A stretch of DNA of 64,000 nucleotides, taken from positions 21,231-85,230 of the forward strand of contig CP022929.1 in the NCBI GenBank assembly GCA_002135175.2. The letters run 5' to 3'. Shown piece after piece: positions 11,277 to 24,247 of the stretch (position 1 is the first letter of the stretch; the number at the start of each line of letters is the position of its first letter). The DNA comes from Candidatus Spiroplasma holothuricola (lineage in GTDB: Bacteria > Bacillota_I > Bacilli_A > Mycoplasmatales > MT37). The notes beneath the pieces are model-generated. The model ran no database searches, was not told where the DNA came from, and saw only the letters and a list, made by a program, of their open reading frames with translations. Both the position numbers and the translations under genes were made by a program.

Positions 11277-13499
11277 ATGAAATTTACACGCCAAGCTCTT
11301 AGACAATTTTTAAACCTCGAAGGTATTAGCAACCAAAAAATTGCCGATAATTTAACTAGTTTAGGTTTTCAAACCAATTTGATAAAAGATTGAACAACTC
11401 TTCATCAAGGATTGAAAATTGCTCAAGTTCTTGATTTTCAACCAATAAAAAATTCTAAAAACAGGCTTGTTCAAATTTTTGCAGGAGAAAAAAAACATCA
11501 ACTAATTTGTGGAGCAGATAATTTTGATAAAGGTGATTATGTGATTTGAGCACCACCTGGTTCGTCACTTCAATCTGGTCGTTTGAAATTAAAAACTAAA
11601 AAATTTGGCAACATTGAATCTCATGGAATGTTGTGTTCTTCTCTTGAATTAGAACTGACTTACATTAAAGATGGGGGAATCATTGTTTTTCAAAAATCAT
11701 TTGATTTTGATCAAATAATAGATTTAAAAAAATTGTTGGAAAATAATGATCAAAACATTTTTGAAATACCAGAATTAAATGATGCAATTTTTGAAACTGA
11801 AACCCATTTTGGAATTCCTGAAGCCCGTTCGATTTTTGGATTAGCTATTTATCTTTCACGCAAATGAAATTTAAAAAAGTTACAAACAGAATTTCTATTT
11901 GAATCGATTCAAAAGCGTCCAAAAACAATCAATTCTTCCCAACAAAATAATCATTTTCAAGCTTCTTTTGTTTTTGATAATGGAGAACTCAATGGAGTTA
12001 ATGGAAATTTGGACCGACTTATGAAAACCTTAAATTTTAAAAGTAAAAATCTGAAAGAATCTTTAATTTTTTATTTAAAGTATTTTTTTAATATTTCGGC
12101 GGAAATAAAATCATTTCGACAAATTAAATCATTAAAAGAAACAGACAACATAATCCAAACAAAAATTGAATCATATTTGACTGAATTTTCTTCAATTTAC
12201 AATGTTCATTATCTTAAATTAGAAAAACCTAGTGTGCAAGAGATTCCCAATGCCGATGTTTACGCCCTGGCTGAATTTAATCTTCAAAAAATAATTTTCC
12301 CTGAACTAAAAATTAATTACAAACGAATGTCCTATGATTTTCACCATCGTTTCAGCAATGAATTGAAATGTCGATTAAAAAATTTGTGTAATCTTATTTC
12401 AAACAACATTAAAGAGGAAGATACACTTAATTTTTTAAAAATTGCTGGTTATGACGTTTCGAAACGTGAAAAAGATTTATACATAATTGCACCAAATTAC
12501 AAACAGGTTCTTTTTCCAGCTGATTTAGTTGAAGACGTTGTTCGTTTTTTAGATGTGAATAAATTGATAGAGAAATCATTATCTCCAATCAATCATTCAC
12601 CCAAAAACATTTTCGTGAACTGAGAACAAAAAATTCGAAACTTCTTTATTCATAAAGGATTTGATGAAGTAAAAATTCCTCTTTTGAATAAAAACGGTAT
12701 TACAAATCCCAACGAATTAAAACAAAATCTAAAACAATCATTTGTATCATATTCAAGAATACTTAGTCATCACATGAATGAAAACCTTTTTACAATTGAT
12801 GATCTTTTTAAGAACACTCAAAAAATTGATGAACACAACATTCATTTGACTTTTGTTTTGCACAAACCCTTAGTGGCATCATCATTCGTACAACAAACGC
12901 CGTTACCAAATTTTCATCTTTTACTCATCATTGTTCGATATCTCTTTTCAACCTTAAATATTCCATCACCTTTAATTAGAATTTCATCAGATAAAACAAA
13001 AATTAATATTAATGCAATTGAAAGAATTGAAAATCAATCAAACATCCAACAAAAGTCTTTCAAAATTCAATACAAAAATGAAACTTTTGGTGAATTAGGT
13101 GAGATTATTGAAGTTAAAAATAAAAATTGTTTAAAACATTATTTTGCAGAAATCAATTTGTCCAAATTATTGTTGTTAACAGATTTTAGTAAAACAAAAT
13201 TTGTTATGCGTTCATCTCAAGAAAATGCTTTTCGTGATTTTTCTTTAGAATTTGAAAAACCAATAAATGAATGACTCGTTACTTCCAATAATGAATATAT
13301 TGAACAATATTCATATATTCATCATAAATTACGGATGTTAGACAAAAAAATAATAAAAATGGAAATTCTAAATTTATACAAAGGAATCATATTAACAGTA
13401 AGATTTTGAAAACAACGAGAACCAAATAAAACTTTAGAAGAATTATTTCGTGACATAGAAACCAATATAGAGGAACATGTTGGTGCTAAAATTAAATAA
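11277..13499 (+). CDS. pheT: phenylalanyl-tRNA synthetase beta subunit
   Basis: A 740-aa code-4 ORF. Track fragments 11583, 12009 and 12684 are all in the frame of ATG 11277. The N-terminal tRNA-binding domain reads ...ICGADNFDKGDYVIWAPPGS...GNIESHGMLCSSLEL. It lies downstream of pheS. Confidence 0.88.
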
Positions 13500-13711
13500 T
13501 GGCAGTCCCGAAGCACCGTACCTCGAAACAAAAAAAAAGATCACGCAGATCGCATTTGGCCTTATCAAAACCAGGGTTGAATATTTGTAGTAACTGTGGC
13601 CAATCAAAATTAAATCATACAGTTTGTAAACATTGTGGCTTTTATAAAAACAAAGAAATAATCGTCAAAAAAGCAAAAAAAACAGAAAAAGATAAAAAAG
13701 AAACAAAGTAA
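13499..13711 (+). CDS. rpmF: 50S ribosomal protein L32 (zinc-ribbon form), with a K-rich tail
   Basis: The sequence MAVPKHRTSKQKKRSRRSH carries CSNC...CKHC. The start overlaps the pheT stop by 1 nt. Confidence 0.92.
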   Translation: MAVPKHRTSKQKKRSRRSHLALSKPGLNICSNCGQSKLNHTVCKHCGFYKNKEIIVKKAKKTEKDKKETK

Positions 13712-14587
13712 ATGTTTTTTCATGAACCGGTTCTTCTTCAGGAATCAATTAAATTTTTAATTACAAACAAAGCTGGTATTTATTGTGATGCTACTTTGGG
13801 ACATGGTGGGCATGCTTTAGAAATATTAAAAAACATTTCTAACAAAGGAATCTTGATTGGTATTGATCAAGATCCAGAAAGTATTAAAATTGCATCTCAA
13901 AGACTCAAAAAAAATAATTCTAATTATCTAATTGTTCACCAAAATTTCGTTCATTTAAATAAAATTTTTCAAGATCATCAAATTTCTCAAGTTGATGGAA
14001 TTATCTTTGATCTTGGATATTCAAGAACTCAAATCAAAAATCCACAAAGAGGGTTTAGTTATAAGTTGAATGGGCCGCTGGATATGCGAATGAATTTAAA
14101 TCAAAAAGAAGATGCTCAATTTATTTTGCGAGAATATGATGTCGAAGAACTCGAATGAATTTTTGTCAATTATGGAGAAGTGAGGTATGGAAAAGTGTTG
14201 GCTCAAGCGATTGTTCATCACCGAGAAATCAAAAACATTGAAACAACTGGAGAATTATTAGAAATTATTAAAAAAGTAGTACCCAAATTATTTTTCAAAA
14301 ATAAAAATCCTTCTCGGCAAGTATTTCAAGCTTTAAGAATTGCAGTTAATAATGAACTTGAATTTTTAAAATCTGCTTTAGTACAATCAATTCAAAATTT
14401 AAAAAAAAATGGCCGACTCGTTGTAATTTCCTACCATTCACTTGAAGACAAGATTGTAAAACAAATCATAAGCGAACTTAATCAAATTAAAATAATTAAC
14501 AAGAATAAAATTATTAAACCTACTCAATCTGAAATTTTGGCAAACCCCTCTGCCCGCAGTGCCAAAATGAGAATTTTTCAAAAATAA
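13712..14587 (+). CDS. rsmH: 16S rRNA (cytosine1402-N4)-methyltransferase RsmH (MraW)
   Basis: Two fragments in the same frame are joined by TGA. Motifs HEPVLLQE, DATLGHGGH and FDLGYS are present. Confidence 0.92.
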
Positions 14588-14590
14588 AAA

Positions 14591-15751
14591 ATGAAATCCA
14601 ATTCATTAAACTTTAAAGAAATCTATGCAATTGCTGATTTTCAACCTCAATACGTTTCTTTGTTTATTTGTATTTATCAAGAATCTCAATTTTTTGTTAT
14701 TTTCAATGAACGATGACCTGTTAATTTCTTCAATGATTCCCAAAAAATTGTTATTAAAAAATGTAGTTTCCTTCTTCGACAACTAATCAAAAAAGCAGAA
14801 CAAGAATTGAACACCAAAATTAAGAAAGTCAGTTACAATCTTGACTCTAACAACATCAAAATTCAAAAACATTTTTACATTCATCAATTTTCAAAGACTG
14901 TTGCATTACAACAAAAAGATATGAACATGGTTTACGATGGATTTAAAACAAATTTGAGAGATGATCTTTATCAAATTTTCTTATCAAAAATAACAAATTT
15001 TCATTTGTTAGATCAAGACAAAATGACAGCATTTCCTCCTTTGGGTGAAGTGACTAAATCAATCAAATTGGAAGGGTTGCATTACAAAGTTCATCGAGAA
15101 AACATTGCATTTTATTTAAAAATTTTCGAACAAGCAAAGATTACTCCTTTTCGGCCAGTGTTGCTTCCATATGCCATATTTATTGGATTGTTCAATTCTC
15201 TCAAAGTAAAAAAATCAGCAGTTATTATATGAAATGAAAATAAATGGCAATTGTATTACTTTGTCAACAAAGTTTTTGTTAAACAATTCTTTTTTCGTAA
15301 ATCATTGTCTTATCTTATTGAGAAAATTCACAAAAAATTTCATTACAAAAAAGAAGATGTTAGAAAGTATTTATTCAATTTTTTAAGCATCAACAAAATT
15401 GAAAAAAATATATTCGAAGCTTTGGGATTACACAATAAATCTCTTCTAGATAAACATGAAGAAATTCGTGTCCTCGTAGACCAATATTTTGCCCAGGTTT
15501 TTGATGAAATGATCTTTTTAATGAAAGATAAAATGGGAGTAAATGTCAATGATGTCAGCTTCAATATTACTGGAGATGTGATGAAAATATCCAATCTTGA
15601 AGAATATTTAAAAAAAATGTATCCAAAATTAAATTTAAAAATCAATTTTCAAAATTTTGTTGGCATCAAAGATTTTCGTGATGTTTTTTTAATTGGGAAT
15701 GCTTATTATCATCATTTAGAAAATAAGCTTATTTATAATGAAAAAATTTAA
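14591..15751 (+). CDS. highly divergent FtsA-position cell-division-cluster protein
   Basis: A 386-aa code-4 ORF (fragments 14807 and 15251 lie in the frame of ATG 14591) sits between rsmH and ftsZ. The assignment rests on position only. I could not recognise canonical actin-fold phosphate motifs. Confidence 0.4.
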
Positions 15752-15765
15752 ATAAAATTTAAGAC

Positions 15766-16977
15766 ATGATTAGTAAAAATCTCCATAATGTCAAAATTAA
15801 AGTCATTGGTGTCGGTGGTGCTGGCTGTAATGCAATCGATCATATGATTGAATCTGGATTAGAAGGTACAGATTTTATTTATGCCAATACAGATACTCAA
15901 GCACTTTTAAGAAATTTAGATGCTGAAAAAATTAATTTAGGTTACAGCTTTCTCAAAGGTTTAGGAGCTGGTGGTGATCAGGAAGTTGGCAAAAAATCAG
16001 CATTACAAAGTGAAAAAGAAATTAAAAAAATTCTTGAAAATACTGATTTATTATTTATTGTTTCTGGATTAGGTGGTGGAACAGGAACAGGAGCAGGACC
16101 AATTATCGCCCGTTTTGCTCAAGAAATGAACATTTTAGTAATTGGTGCTGTAACCAAGCCTTTTACTTTTGAAGGAAAGTATCGGAAAGCTACTGCGAGT
16201 CAAGGGATTGAAATTTTCAAAAAACATACTGATTCATTAATTATTATTTCTAATGATAAGCTTTTAGAATCAAAAGGTCATATTGCAGTTCAAAAATCTT
16301 TCCGAGCAGCCGACGAAAATTTAAAAATGGTAGTGGAAACAATCACTTCTTTAATTGCCATACCTGCCAAAATCAATTTGGATTTTGCGGACATTAAACG
16401 AGTATTTGCCAAAAAAAACAATGTTTTTTTTGGATATGGTTCTGCTAGTGGAAAAACAAAAGTAATCGATGCTACAAAGCAAGCCGTTAGTTCTAAATTA
16501 TTAGAAGCATCTGTCAAAGGCTTAAAAAATGCAATTATTAATTTTACCGGCGGTCAAAATACAACTTTATTTGATATCAATAACAGTATTGAATTTCTTA
16601 AAAAAGAAGCTGGTGCTGATTCCGATATTAATATCATTTTTGGTTTGAAAATTAATAAAGATATGCAGGATAACATTCAAGTAGCAATTATTGGAACTGA
16701 TTTTGATGAATCACAAATTGATTATGCTGATCAACAAGTCATTGAAGAACGCCGTCAAACTCGAAAAGAAGAAACAATTACTGAAGATAAAGAAAAACAA
16801 TCATTTAAAGATAATGAAGAAAAAACGGAAAATGATCATGAAGACGACTCTTTTTCTTCAGATGATGATCAAGAATTTTCAAATAATTCTCAGAATTTGA
16901 ATAAGGATGACGAAGAAGAATCTGACACTGAACCTGAATTTGAAGAATCGGACTTACCCCCGTTCATGAAAGGATAA
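15766..16977 (+). CDS. ftsZ: cell division protein FtsZ, with a long acidic C-terminal linker
   Basis: Tubulin signature GGGTGTGAGP and the GVGGAGCNA motif are present. A ~80-aa D/E-rich tail ends in ...DLPPFMKG. Confidence 0.97.
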   Translation: MISKNLHNVKIKVIGVGGAGCNAIDHMIESGLEGTDFIYANTDTQALLRNLDAEKINLGYSFLKGLGAGGDQEVGKKSALQSEKEIKKILENTDLLFIVSGLGGGTGTGAGPIIARFAQEMNILVIGAVTKPFTFEGKYRKATASQGIEIFKKHTDSLIIISNDKLLESKGHIAVQKSFRAADENLKMVVETITSLIAIPAKINLDFADIKRVFAKKNNVFFGYGSASGKTKVIDATKQAVSSKLLEASVKGLKNAIINFTGGQNTTLFDINNSIEFLKKEAGADSDINIIFGLKINKDMQDNIQVAIIGTDFDESQIDYADQQVIEERRQTRKEETITEDKEKQSFKDNEEKTENDHEDDSFSSDDDQEFSNNSQNLNKDDEEESDTEPEFEESDLPPFMKG

Positions 16978-16980
16978 ACC

Positions 16981-17286
16981 ATGTTTAAAAAGTGATTTCA
17001 AAAAATAAAAACAAAAACAGAAAATGATCATGCTAGACTTGATAATGAAAAAAAACCCTCAACAACAAAAAATTTTCAAAAAATTGAAATAAATAATTAC
17101 AGCGAAGTTGTTTATGTCTTGCGTTTACTGGAACAACAACGAAAAATTATTCTTAGTCTGGTTAATACTTCAGCAACTGAAAGGAGAAGAATTGTTGATT
17201 TTTTAAGTGGCTTTATTTATGCCAAAAAAAGTAGCATCAGATCGTCTGGAAACCACACTTACATTCTCATTCTTGATAGTAAATAA
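16981..17286 (+). CDS. sepF: cell division protein SepF
   Basis: A 101-aa code-4 ORF. The SepF-like core reads EVVYVLRLLEQQRKIILSLVNTSATERRRIVDFLSGFIYA. It lies directly after ftsZ. Confidence 0.75.
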
Positions 17287-17289
17287 AGA

Positions 17290-19992
17290 ATGAATTCCAA
17301 AAAACTCAATATTTTTGATTCTGGCTTTTCAATTCATGCAGAATTGAAAACTAAAGAAAAAAAATGACAAGAACATTGAAAAAAAATTCAATTGGTTTGT
17401 CAGATTCAAAACCGCAAAAAACCTAAAAAAGTTTTTTTAAGTGGCCCACCGTATGCCAATGGTGATATTCATATTGGTCATGCTTTGAACAAAATTTTGA
17501 AAGATTTTGTTTTGCGATTTTATGCGTTTCAAGGATATGCAGTCGAGTATAAGCCCGGTTGAGATATGCACGGATTACCAATTGCCACCGAAATTATTAA
17601 ACGAAATCCTGAACTTATGAAATCAAAAAATGTACAATTTCGTGATGCATGCTTGAAATACGGGATGAATCAAGTAAAAAAACAAACCGAACAATTTGAG
17701 AGATTGGGTTTATTAATTGATTTTAAAAATCGTTATCTTTCTAGTGATCCAGAATACATTGTTCATCAATTAAAGATATTTTCTAATTTTGTTAAGAAAG
17801 GACTTGTTCAAAGATCTTTAAAGCCTGTTTTTTGATCTTGAAGTAGTGAAACTGCATTAGCCGAAACTGAAATTATTTATCAAAATGTGAATAACAATTC
17901 ACTTTTTTTTCTCTTTCCAATTCAACACTCTTCAAATTTACCTGATTTTGTAAATTCCTTTTTCGTCGTTTGGACAACAGCTATTTGAACGATTCCGGAA
18001 AACAAACTATTGGCTATCGATCAAAACCAAGAATATGTGCAAGTAAAATGAAACAATAAAAAAATTATCATCTCTCAATCAGCTTATAAAAAATATGAAA
18101 TTTTTAAAAATTTAAAAATTTTAAATACCATTTCAGGAAAAAGATTATTAAAGATAACCTATCGTCATTGTTATCTTCAAAACGAAAGTATCGTTGTTCA
18201 TTCCGATCATGTCAAACAATCTGCTGGAACCGGAATTGTTCATATTGCACCTGCTTTTGGAATCGATGATTTTGCTTTAGCTAAAAAACACAAAATTGAT
18301 TTTGAAGTAGCAATCAATGAAAAAGGTTTTTTTAATCAATCAGCCAACGATAAAAATTTAGTCAATGTTTTTTATAAAAAATCAGAGCCACAAATCATTG
18401 AACAAATAAAACAAAATTCTCATTTTTTTCAAGAATCAACAATCGAACATAGTTATCCTTTTGATTGAAGAACAAAAAAACCTGTTTTTTATCGTGCCAC
18501 CTCTCAATGATATCTAGTTCAACTTCCACAAAAATCTCATTTAATTAATAAATGAGAACCCAAATGAGGAAAAAAAAGAATCAATGATAGTCTTGCTGCC
18601 AGAAATGAATGATGTATTTCTCGACAACGTACTTGGGGCGTGCCAATTCCGGCTTTTCAAACAAATGACGGCAAAATTATTTTAAATAATGAGTTGATTG
18701 ATGTTGTTATTGAAAAAATCAAAAAATTCAAAACTGATCAAATTTGATGAACAGAAAAATTGGACAATTTAATTCATAAAACGTTAATTGATAAATATCA
18801 AATAAAAAACCGTGTATTTGAAACAATGGATGTTTGATTTGATTCGGGGATTGCAGCTGAATATAATTATTTTCAAAATAACCAAAAAATTGATTTTATT
18901 TGAGAAGGCAATGATCAATTTCGAGGTTGGTATAGTTCCCTTTCAATTCTCTCTTTATCAGCTCCAACACTCAACATTGGAAAAGCTTTAATTCATGGAT
19001 TTGTCAATGATGAAAAAGGATTCAAGATGTCTAAATCTGAAAAAAATACAATTGATCCAAACGAAGTTTGTTCTCAATTTGGGGCAGACATCATTCGAAT
19101 GTGAGTCGTTAACAGTGATTATTATGGAGATATAAAATTTGGACCCAACATCATTAAAACAATCACCCAAATGTATCTCAAAACCAGGAATACGATTCGT
19201 TTTTTAATTAATAATTTAGTTGATTTTATTCCTGAAAAACACCATCAAAAAAATCTTACTGATTTGGATTTATTAATTTTGAGTGATTTTGACGAGCTCA
19301 TTAAAAGCTATACAGAAAATTTTTCACAACAACAATTTCATCAAGCCTGAATCAATTTCTTTAAGTTTCTCAACCTCGATCTTTCTAATTTTTATTTCGA
19401 TTTTGCCAAAGGATTTATTTATTCATGTTCATCTGAAGATTTAAGAAGGAGACAAATTCAAACAGTATTTAGTATTTTGTTAGAGAAAATAATTATTTTA
19501 ATAGCACCAATAATTCCTCATACAACCGAAGAGGCTTACACATTTATAAAATTTGACAAAGGTCGAAAAAAATTGTCATCAATTCATCTTGAACAATGAC
19601 CCAAACAAACTTTTGATACTCATTTTGTCAATTCTCGAACCAAAAAATATTTGAATAAATATAAAAATTTTTTACAAAATTTAAAAGAAGAATTTTCGAA
19701 AATTTTAGATCAAAAAAAGAAAAATAAAGAAATTAAAAGATCACAAGAATTAAGTATTTCCATTGAAATTAATTCTGAAACTTATTCTGATTTAGATTTT
19801 GATAAAGAATTTTTAGTTGATTTTTTAAAAATTCATAGTTTAAAAAAAATTAATCTTGTTCAAAAAAATAAGCCATTTATTTTTTTTACAGAAATAGAAA
19901 ATTTGCAAGGAACGATTTGTCCCCGATGTTATCGACTTATTCAAAAAACAAATAAAATACTTTGTAATCAATGTCACGTTCAAACAACCTAG
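17290..19992 (+). CDS. ileS: isoleucyl-tRNA synthetase
   Basis: A 900-aa code-4 ORF that I read through completely; it contains many TGA codons and no TAA or TAG. Motifs [21 protein letters not shown] (W = TGA) and KMSKS are present, plus a C-terminal CPRC...CNQC zinc finger. Confidence 0.95.
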
Positions 19993-20453
19993 AAAGTGTT
20001 TTTTTCCCCAAAAAACCAAAAACAAAATTTTTATTTTTTTGTTTAGGATTATTGCTTTTTTCAATTTTACAGCTCATAAAATCAATTGTTTTGTCAGAAA
20101 ACACAAATCTAGTGGTTAACAAGAATTTTCGTTTTTTACCTTTCATTCAATTTACTGATATTGTTTCTTATCTAGTGTTTTGTTCGATCTTTTTTTTGAT
20201 TTTTTTCTTTATATTTTTGTTTATCAATCAAAAATTTTTAGCAGGAATTTTAATTTTGTATTTAGCATCAGCCATGAGTAACTTCATTGATAATTTCACA
20301 CATGATGGAACTGTTGATTATTTTCAATTAGAACTCTTCAACTGAAAAGCATTATTCTTCAATTTAGATGACATTTTCATATTCGTTTCTTTCCTCATTT
20401 TATTTATTTGAATCATTCGAAAATTTTTTTCATATTATCGTGTCAATTCATAA
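19971..20453 (+). CDS. lspA: lipoprotein signal peptidase (signal peptidase II)
   Basis: A multi-TM protein with the motif NFIDNFTHDGTVDYF. It extends through two TGA codons to TAA 20451-20453 and overlaps the ileS end by 22 nt. Confidence 0.8.
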
Positions 20454-21312
20454 TCGATTTTTTCAGGTGCAAACATTTGAAGTGGGATTATCAGCTTCAT
20501 CATTTCTCAATTCCAAGATTAAATCTGATGATCTTGTCAAATTTTTTTTCACCAAAAAAACAGTTTATTTAAATTTTGTTTCCATTAGTGGTAATCAAAT
20601 TTTGAAGAATCGTGACTTAGTTCAAATTTTTTTATTAGAAAATGAAAAAACTTTTTTTAACAATGAATCAAAATTAAAAATTATTCACTCAGAAAATGAT
20701 TTTTTTATTATTGAAAAGTCTTCGGGAGTTAATTCTGTTATTGATACAAATAATCTACAAAATAACGTTCATTATTTGTTGAATGAATTTCTTCAATTAT
20801 CAGAAACTACTTCCTTGCTTTTTGCTGTTCACCGGCTTGATAAACTTACTTCTGGATTAATGATTGTGGCGAAAACCTTGAACGCATCTAAACAGTTGAT
20901 TCAACTGTTTAAAGATAAACAAATTGAAAAGAAATATTGAGCAATCGTGGCTGGTCATTTTGATAAAAAAGAATTTATTATTTCGGCACCATTGAAATCA
21001 ACAGGGAAAAATAAACAAGCATTAATTGGTTTTGCTGGCCGAAAAGCACTAACAAAATTTAAAATTATTAAAGAAACTAAAAACTTATCCTTGTTAGAAT
21101 GTCAACCAATTACTGGTAGAACCCACCAAATTAGAAGTCATTTAAAATTTGTCAATCATCCAGTAATCAATGATCATATTTATGGAGGCAAAAAAGCAAA
21201 TTTTATTTTTTTGCATTCTTTTCAGATTTCCTTCAAAGATTGAAATTCAAAAAATAAAATGAATTTTTATTCTAGTTTTCCAAAAAAATTTCAAAACAAA
21301 TTAAATGTTTAA
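20368..21312 (+). CDS. rluD: RluA/RluD-family 23S rRNA pseudouridine synthase
   Basis: Motifs HRLDKLTSGLMIVAK and GRTHQIRSHL are present, and the lspA-rluD synteny is kept. The true start is probably downstream of the lspA stop, near 20440. Stop is TAA 21310-21312. Confidence 0.85.
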
Positions 21313-21368
21313 AATTCTTTCAAAATAAGTTAAAAAATTTTATTTAAAATAAATTTATAAAAATGTTT

Positions 21369-21399
21369 TTGATAAACTTTGGAAGTTTTCAAATTTTTT
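21369..21399 (+). terminator. possible weak intrinsic terminator after rluD
   Basis: An imperfect inverted repeat (ttgataaactt / aagttttcaa) with a 3-nt loop is followed by a T6 run. The stem is all A/T-rich, so it is weak. Confidence 0.3.
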
Positions 21400-21475
21400 A
21401 TTTTTCAATTTTTATAACTATCAAAAACACTAATATAACTTATATAATTAATTTATATCTTCTACCTATTCTCTA

Positions 21476-22405
21476 ATGAATAAATCAATCGACAAGAAAT
21501 CTAAAATCATTATTTCCCAAATGGTGAACAAAAGTCTTAAAAATACTCCTTTTTTTGCAGTAATTTTAACTATAATTGGTAGCTTAGCTTTTTTCTTTGT
21601 TTTAGTTGCTGCTATTGTCCCCCCTGACGAAATCAAAGCATCAAACTTCAATTACGTTTCTCTTCCTGCAGTTATTTTTGCTAATAATTCTCAAAGCGTT
21701 TTTCATGGGCAAGTTTGAAGAATTTTCACTTTTTTCTTAATTGAAAACGTTTCAGGTATTTTTGCAATAATTACATTTATTTTGTTGCTCTTGTTTGTTT
21801 TCATACCTGCAGGTTACAATCATGAATTAATCATGGGTTCTAAAAAAACAGCCTTGATTTTGATTCCTTCTGTTTTAATGATCGGTCTTCTTCAAGTTGG
21901 ATTGACAAATAATGCCGTAGTTTATTATTTTGGAATTCAAAATTTGAGTTGAATTCTTTTAGGTAGTCTGATTTTCATTTATTTATTTAAAGAAACCGAA
22001 AATAGTCAACTCAAACTAACTCTTCGGCCAATTATTTTAAAAATTTTTGTTTTCTCAATAATTTTTGAGGTATTGAGAGTGCAAGGTATTAGTGATATTC
22101 TCAATAATAAAGCAAATATAACAAACAACCCATTATTAAATTTTCAAATTTATTATTTTCTTTTTCCTTTGATGGGAATGTTTTTTGGTTTTTTGGGTTC
22201 ATTTTTCTTTGAATTAAAAAATTTAGATAATTTGTCAATATATTTTTTAATTGGAATAGCTATTATTACTTTTCTCGTTGCCATTTATTTTGTTATTTTA
22301 AATTTTATGGATCTACCTCTTTTCCCAAGCAATAGCCCCTTTTCTTTTAGGAACATTAAACGTATTTTTAATAGTTTCATTTCTTCGAGTTCGGGATCGG
22401 GATAA
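21476..22405 (+). CDS. polytopic integral membrane protein, unknown function
   Basis: A 309-aa code-4 ORF (fragments 21476 and 22073 share a frame) with at least six hydrophobic segments. Confidence 0.6.
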
Positions 22406-22415
22406 TCAACTTCAG

Positions 22416-23321
22416 TTAGTGCTTATAATTGATTTTTGCAAATTTAATCATTTCTTCTTCTCCGTGTTTTTCAATTAATTTATTTAGTTGATCTTTAGAT
22501 CAAAATCCTGCTCCTAACAAAATTTTAGTCTTTAATTTGTTACCAATTTTTTCAATTTCTTGAAGATAAATAAATCGACTAATAACAGAAGCAGCGGCAA
22601 CACCAATATAAGAATCCTCGGCTTTAGGGAATAGATGAATATTTCCTTGATATTTTCAATTTCATTTATTTATATATCTGTTTAAGATGTTATTTTTTAT
22701 AAATCCATCAATGACAAAGTCTTTAGTTTTCACTAAATTTTCTTGCATTTGAAAATCATTTGCCTGCTTGATTAAATCAATATAGGCTTCACAAATTATT
22801 TCTTTTAAATTTTGGTCATTATTTTTTTTTTTATAAAATTCTGTATTGCTAATGATTTTCGTGAATATGCATTTGTTGTTTTCCAAAATCTTTTTTGCAA
22901 TTTCACAAATATTCTTGTCATTCATTTTTTTTGAATCTCTAATTTTTAAAGTTTTAAATTCTTGTTTATTTTTTGGATTTGTTAAAATCAAAGTTACGAC
23001 AATAGGACCAAAAAAGTCACCCACACCTGATTCGTCACCTGCTCAATAAACTTTTCATTGTGGCAAATACAGCTCCTTATTTTCTGAATTATTTATTTTC
23101 GTTGTTTCAATAATTTTTTCTTTCATTAATCAATTTAAAATGATATTAATGTTATTATCTTTTCCTTGTAAAACTAATTTTTTAGTGTCATATAAATTCA
23201 ATGTAACTTTTTTAATTTTTGTGGTTTTATATTCACAAAATTTAGTTTTTTTGATTTCAAAATCTTTAATTAGATTTAAAATCTTTGTATATTCAGAAGG
23301 ATTTAGAGCAAAACTTTTCAA
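22416..23321 (-). CDS. rnhC: ribonuclease HIII
   Basis: A 301-aa code-4 ORF. Its fragments (tops at 23321 and 23024) share a frame. The motif GDESGVGDFFGPIVV is present, together with ...KAEDSYIGVAAASVISR. Confidence 0.85.
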
Positions 23322-23367
23322 TTTAGAAAACTTAAATTTAGGAAAGATTTAAAAAAATATTTTTATC

Positions 23368-24231
23368 ATGGATTCATTTTTTATTTTTTTATTGTGTTCG
23401 ATTTTATTGATGCAAACTCTATTATTTTTAATTCTAACCAAATCGGTTAAATTACTTTACATTTTAGCTGTCTCTTTAATAATGGCTGGAATGAGTCTCA
23501 TTTTGTGGACTCCTGCACTTAAACCCTTGGGTAGAATTTTGGGTGTTACAATCATAAAAGCTTCATCAGAAGACTTAAAAACTTTTTTTGTGCTTTTTTT
23601 TCATAATGAACTCTTAATTCGAATATTGTTTTTGACAATATTTTTATTTATAGGTATTATTTTTATAAGCATTTTTAATGCTTTTGTTCTTTCTGAAAAA
23701 TTTAGTAGAGACATTTTTTACGGTCGTTTCAAAAATTTTTTCGTTAAGGCTTTTTTTGGTTCATCATTTTTCTTATTTTTATTTATTTTCATAGGTTCGT
23801 CTTTTTTTCTTACTTATGAAAACAAGTTTCCCGAAAGTTTTAAAAAAAATCCAATAACAAAATTTGCTGAAACAAAAAGTGTTATGTTTGACTTGAAAAC
23901 ACCAAATTTAGATTTAAAAACAATTATAAATTTTGGAGAACTGTATGAAAAAATCTCCACAAATGAAGAAAAAATCAAGTTCATTCAAAAAGTATACAAC
24001 ATTGCAAAAAATATATTGTCAGATAGTAGATTTTTAGAAATTAAAAAATCTAAACCACATAACAACCTGTCATTGGAAAACATTCTTAAAGAATTGAAAA
24101 AAACAAGCAGTACAGCCTACTCACAAGTAGATGTAATCTTACCAAAAATCAAAACCACGTTAGTAATTAAAATTAAAAACTTGTTTGAAAATGAAAAAAT
24201 TAAATGACTTATTCCTCAACACACTGCATAA
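23368..24231 (+). CDS. membrane protein, unknown function (N-terminal polytopic half, soluble K/E-rich C-terminal half)
   Basis: A 287-aa ORF extended through TGA 24205-24207 to TAA 24229-24231. Confidence 0.6.
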
Positions 24232-24247
24232 AATTTTTTTCAATTAG

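Noticed and set aside
21476-22405. A rhomboid protease assignment for the polytopic membrane protein, based on a 'HGQVWRIFTFF' WR-like motif.
   Set aside because: I could not find the catalytic GxSG serine motif or the TM6 histidine in the expected context. One short motif is not enough, so the gene is left as an unknown membrane protein.
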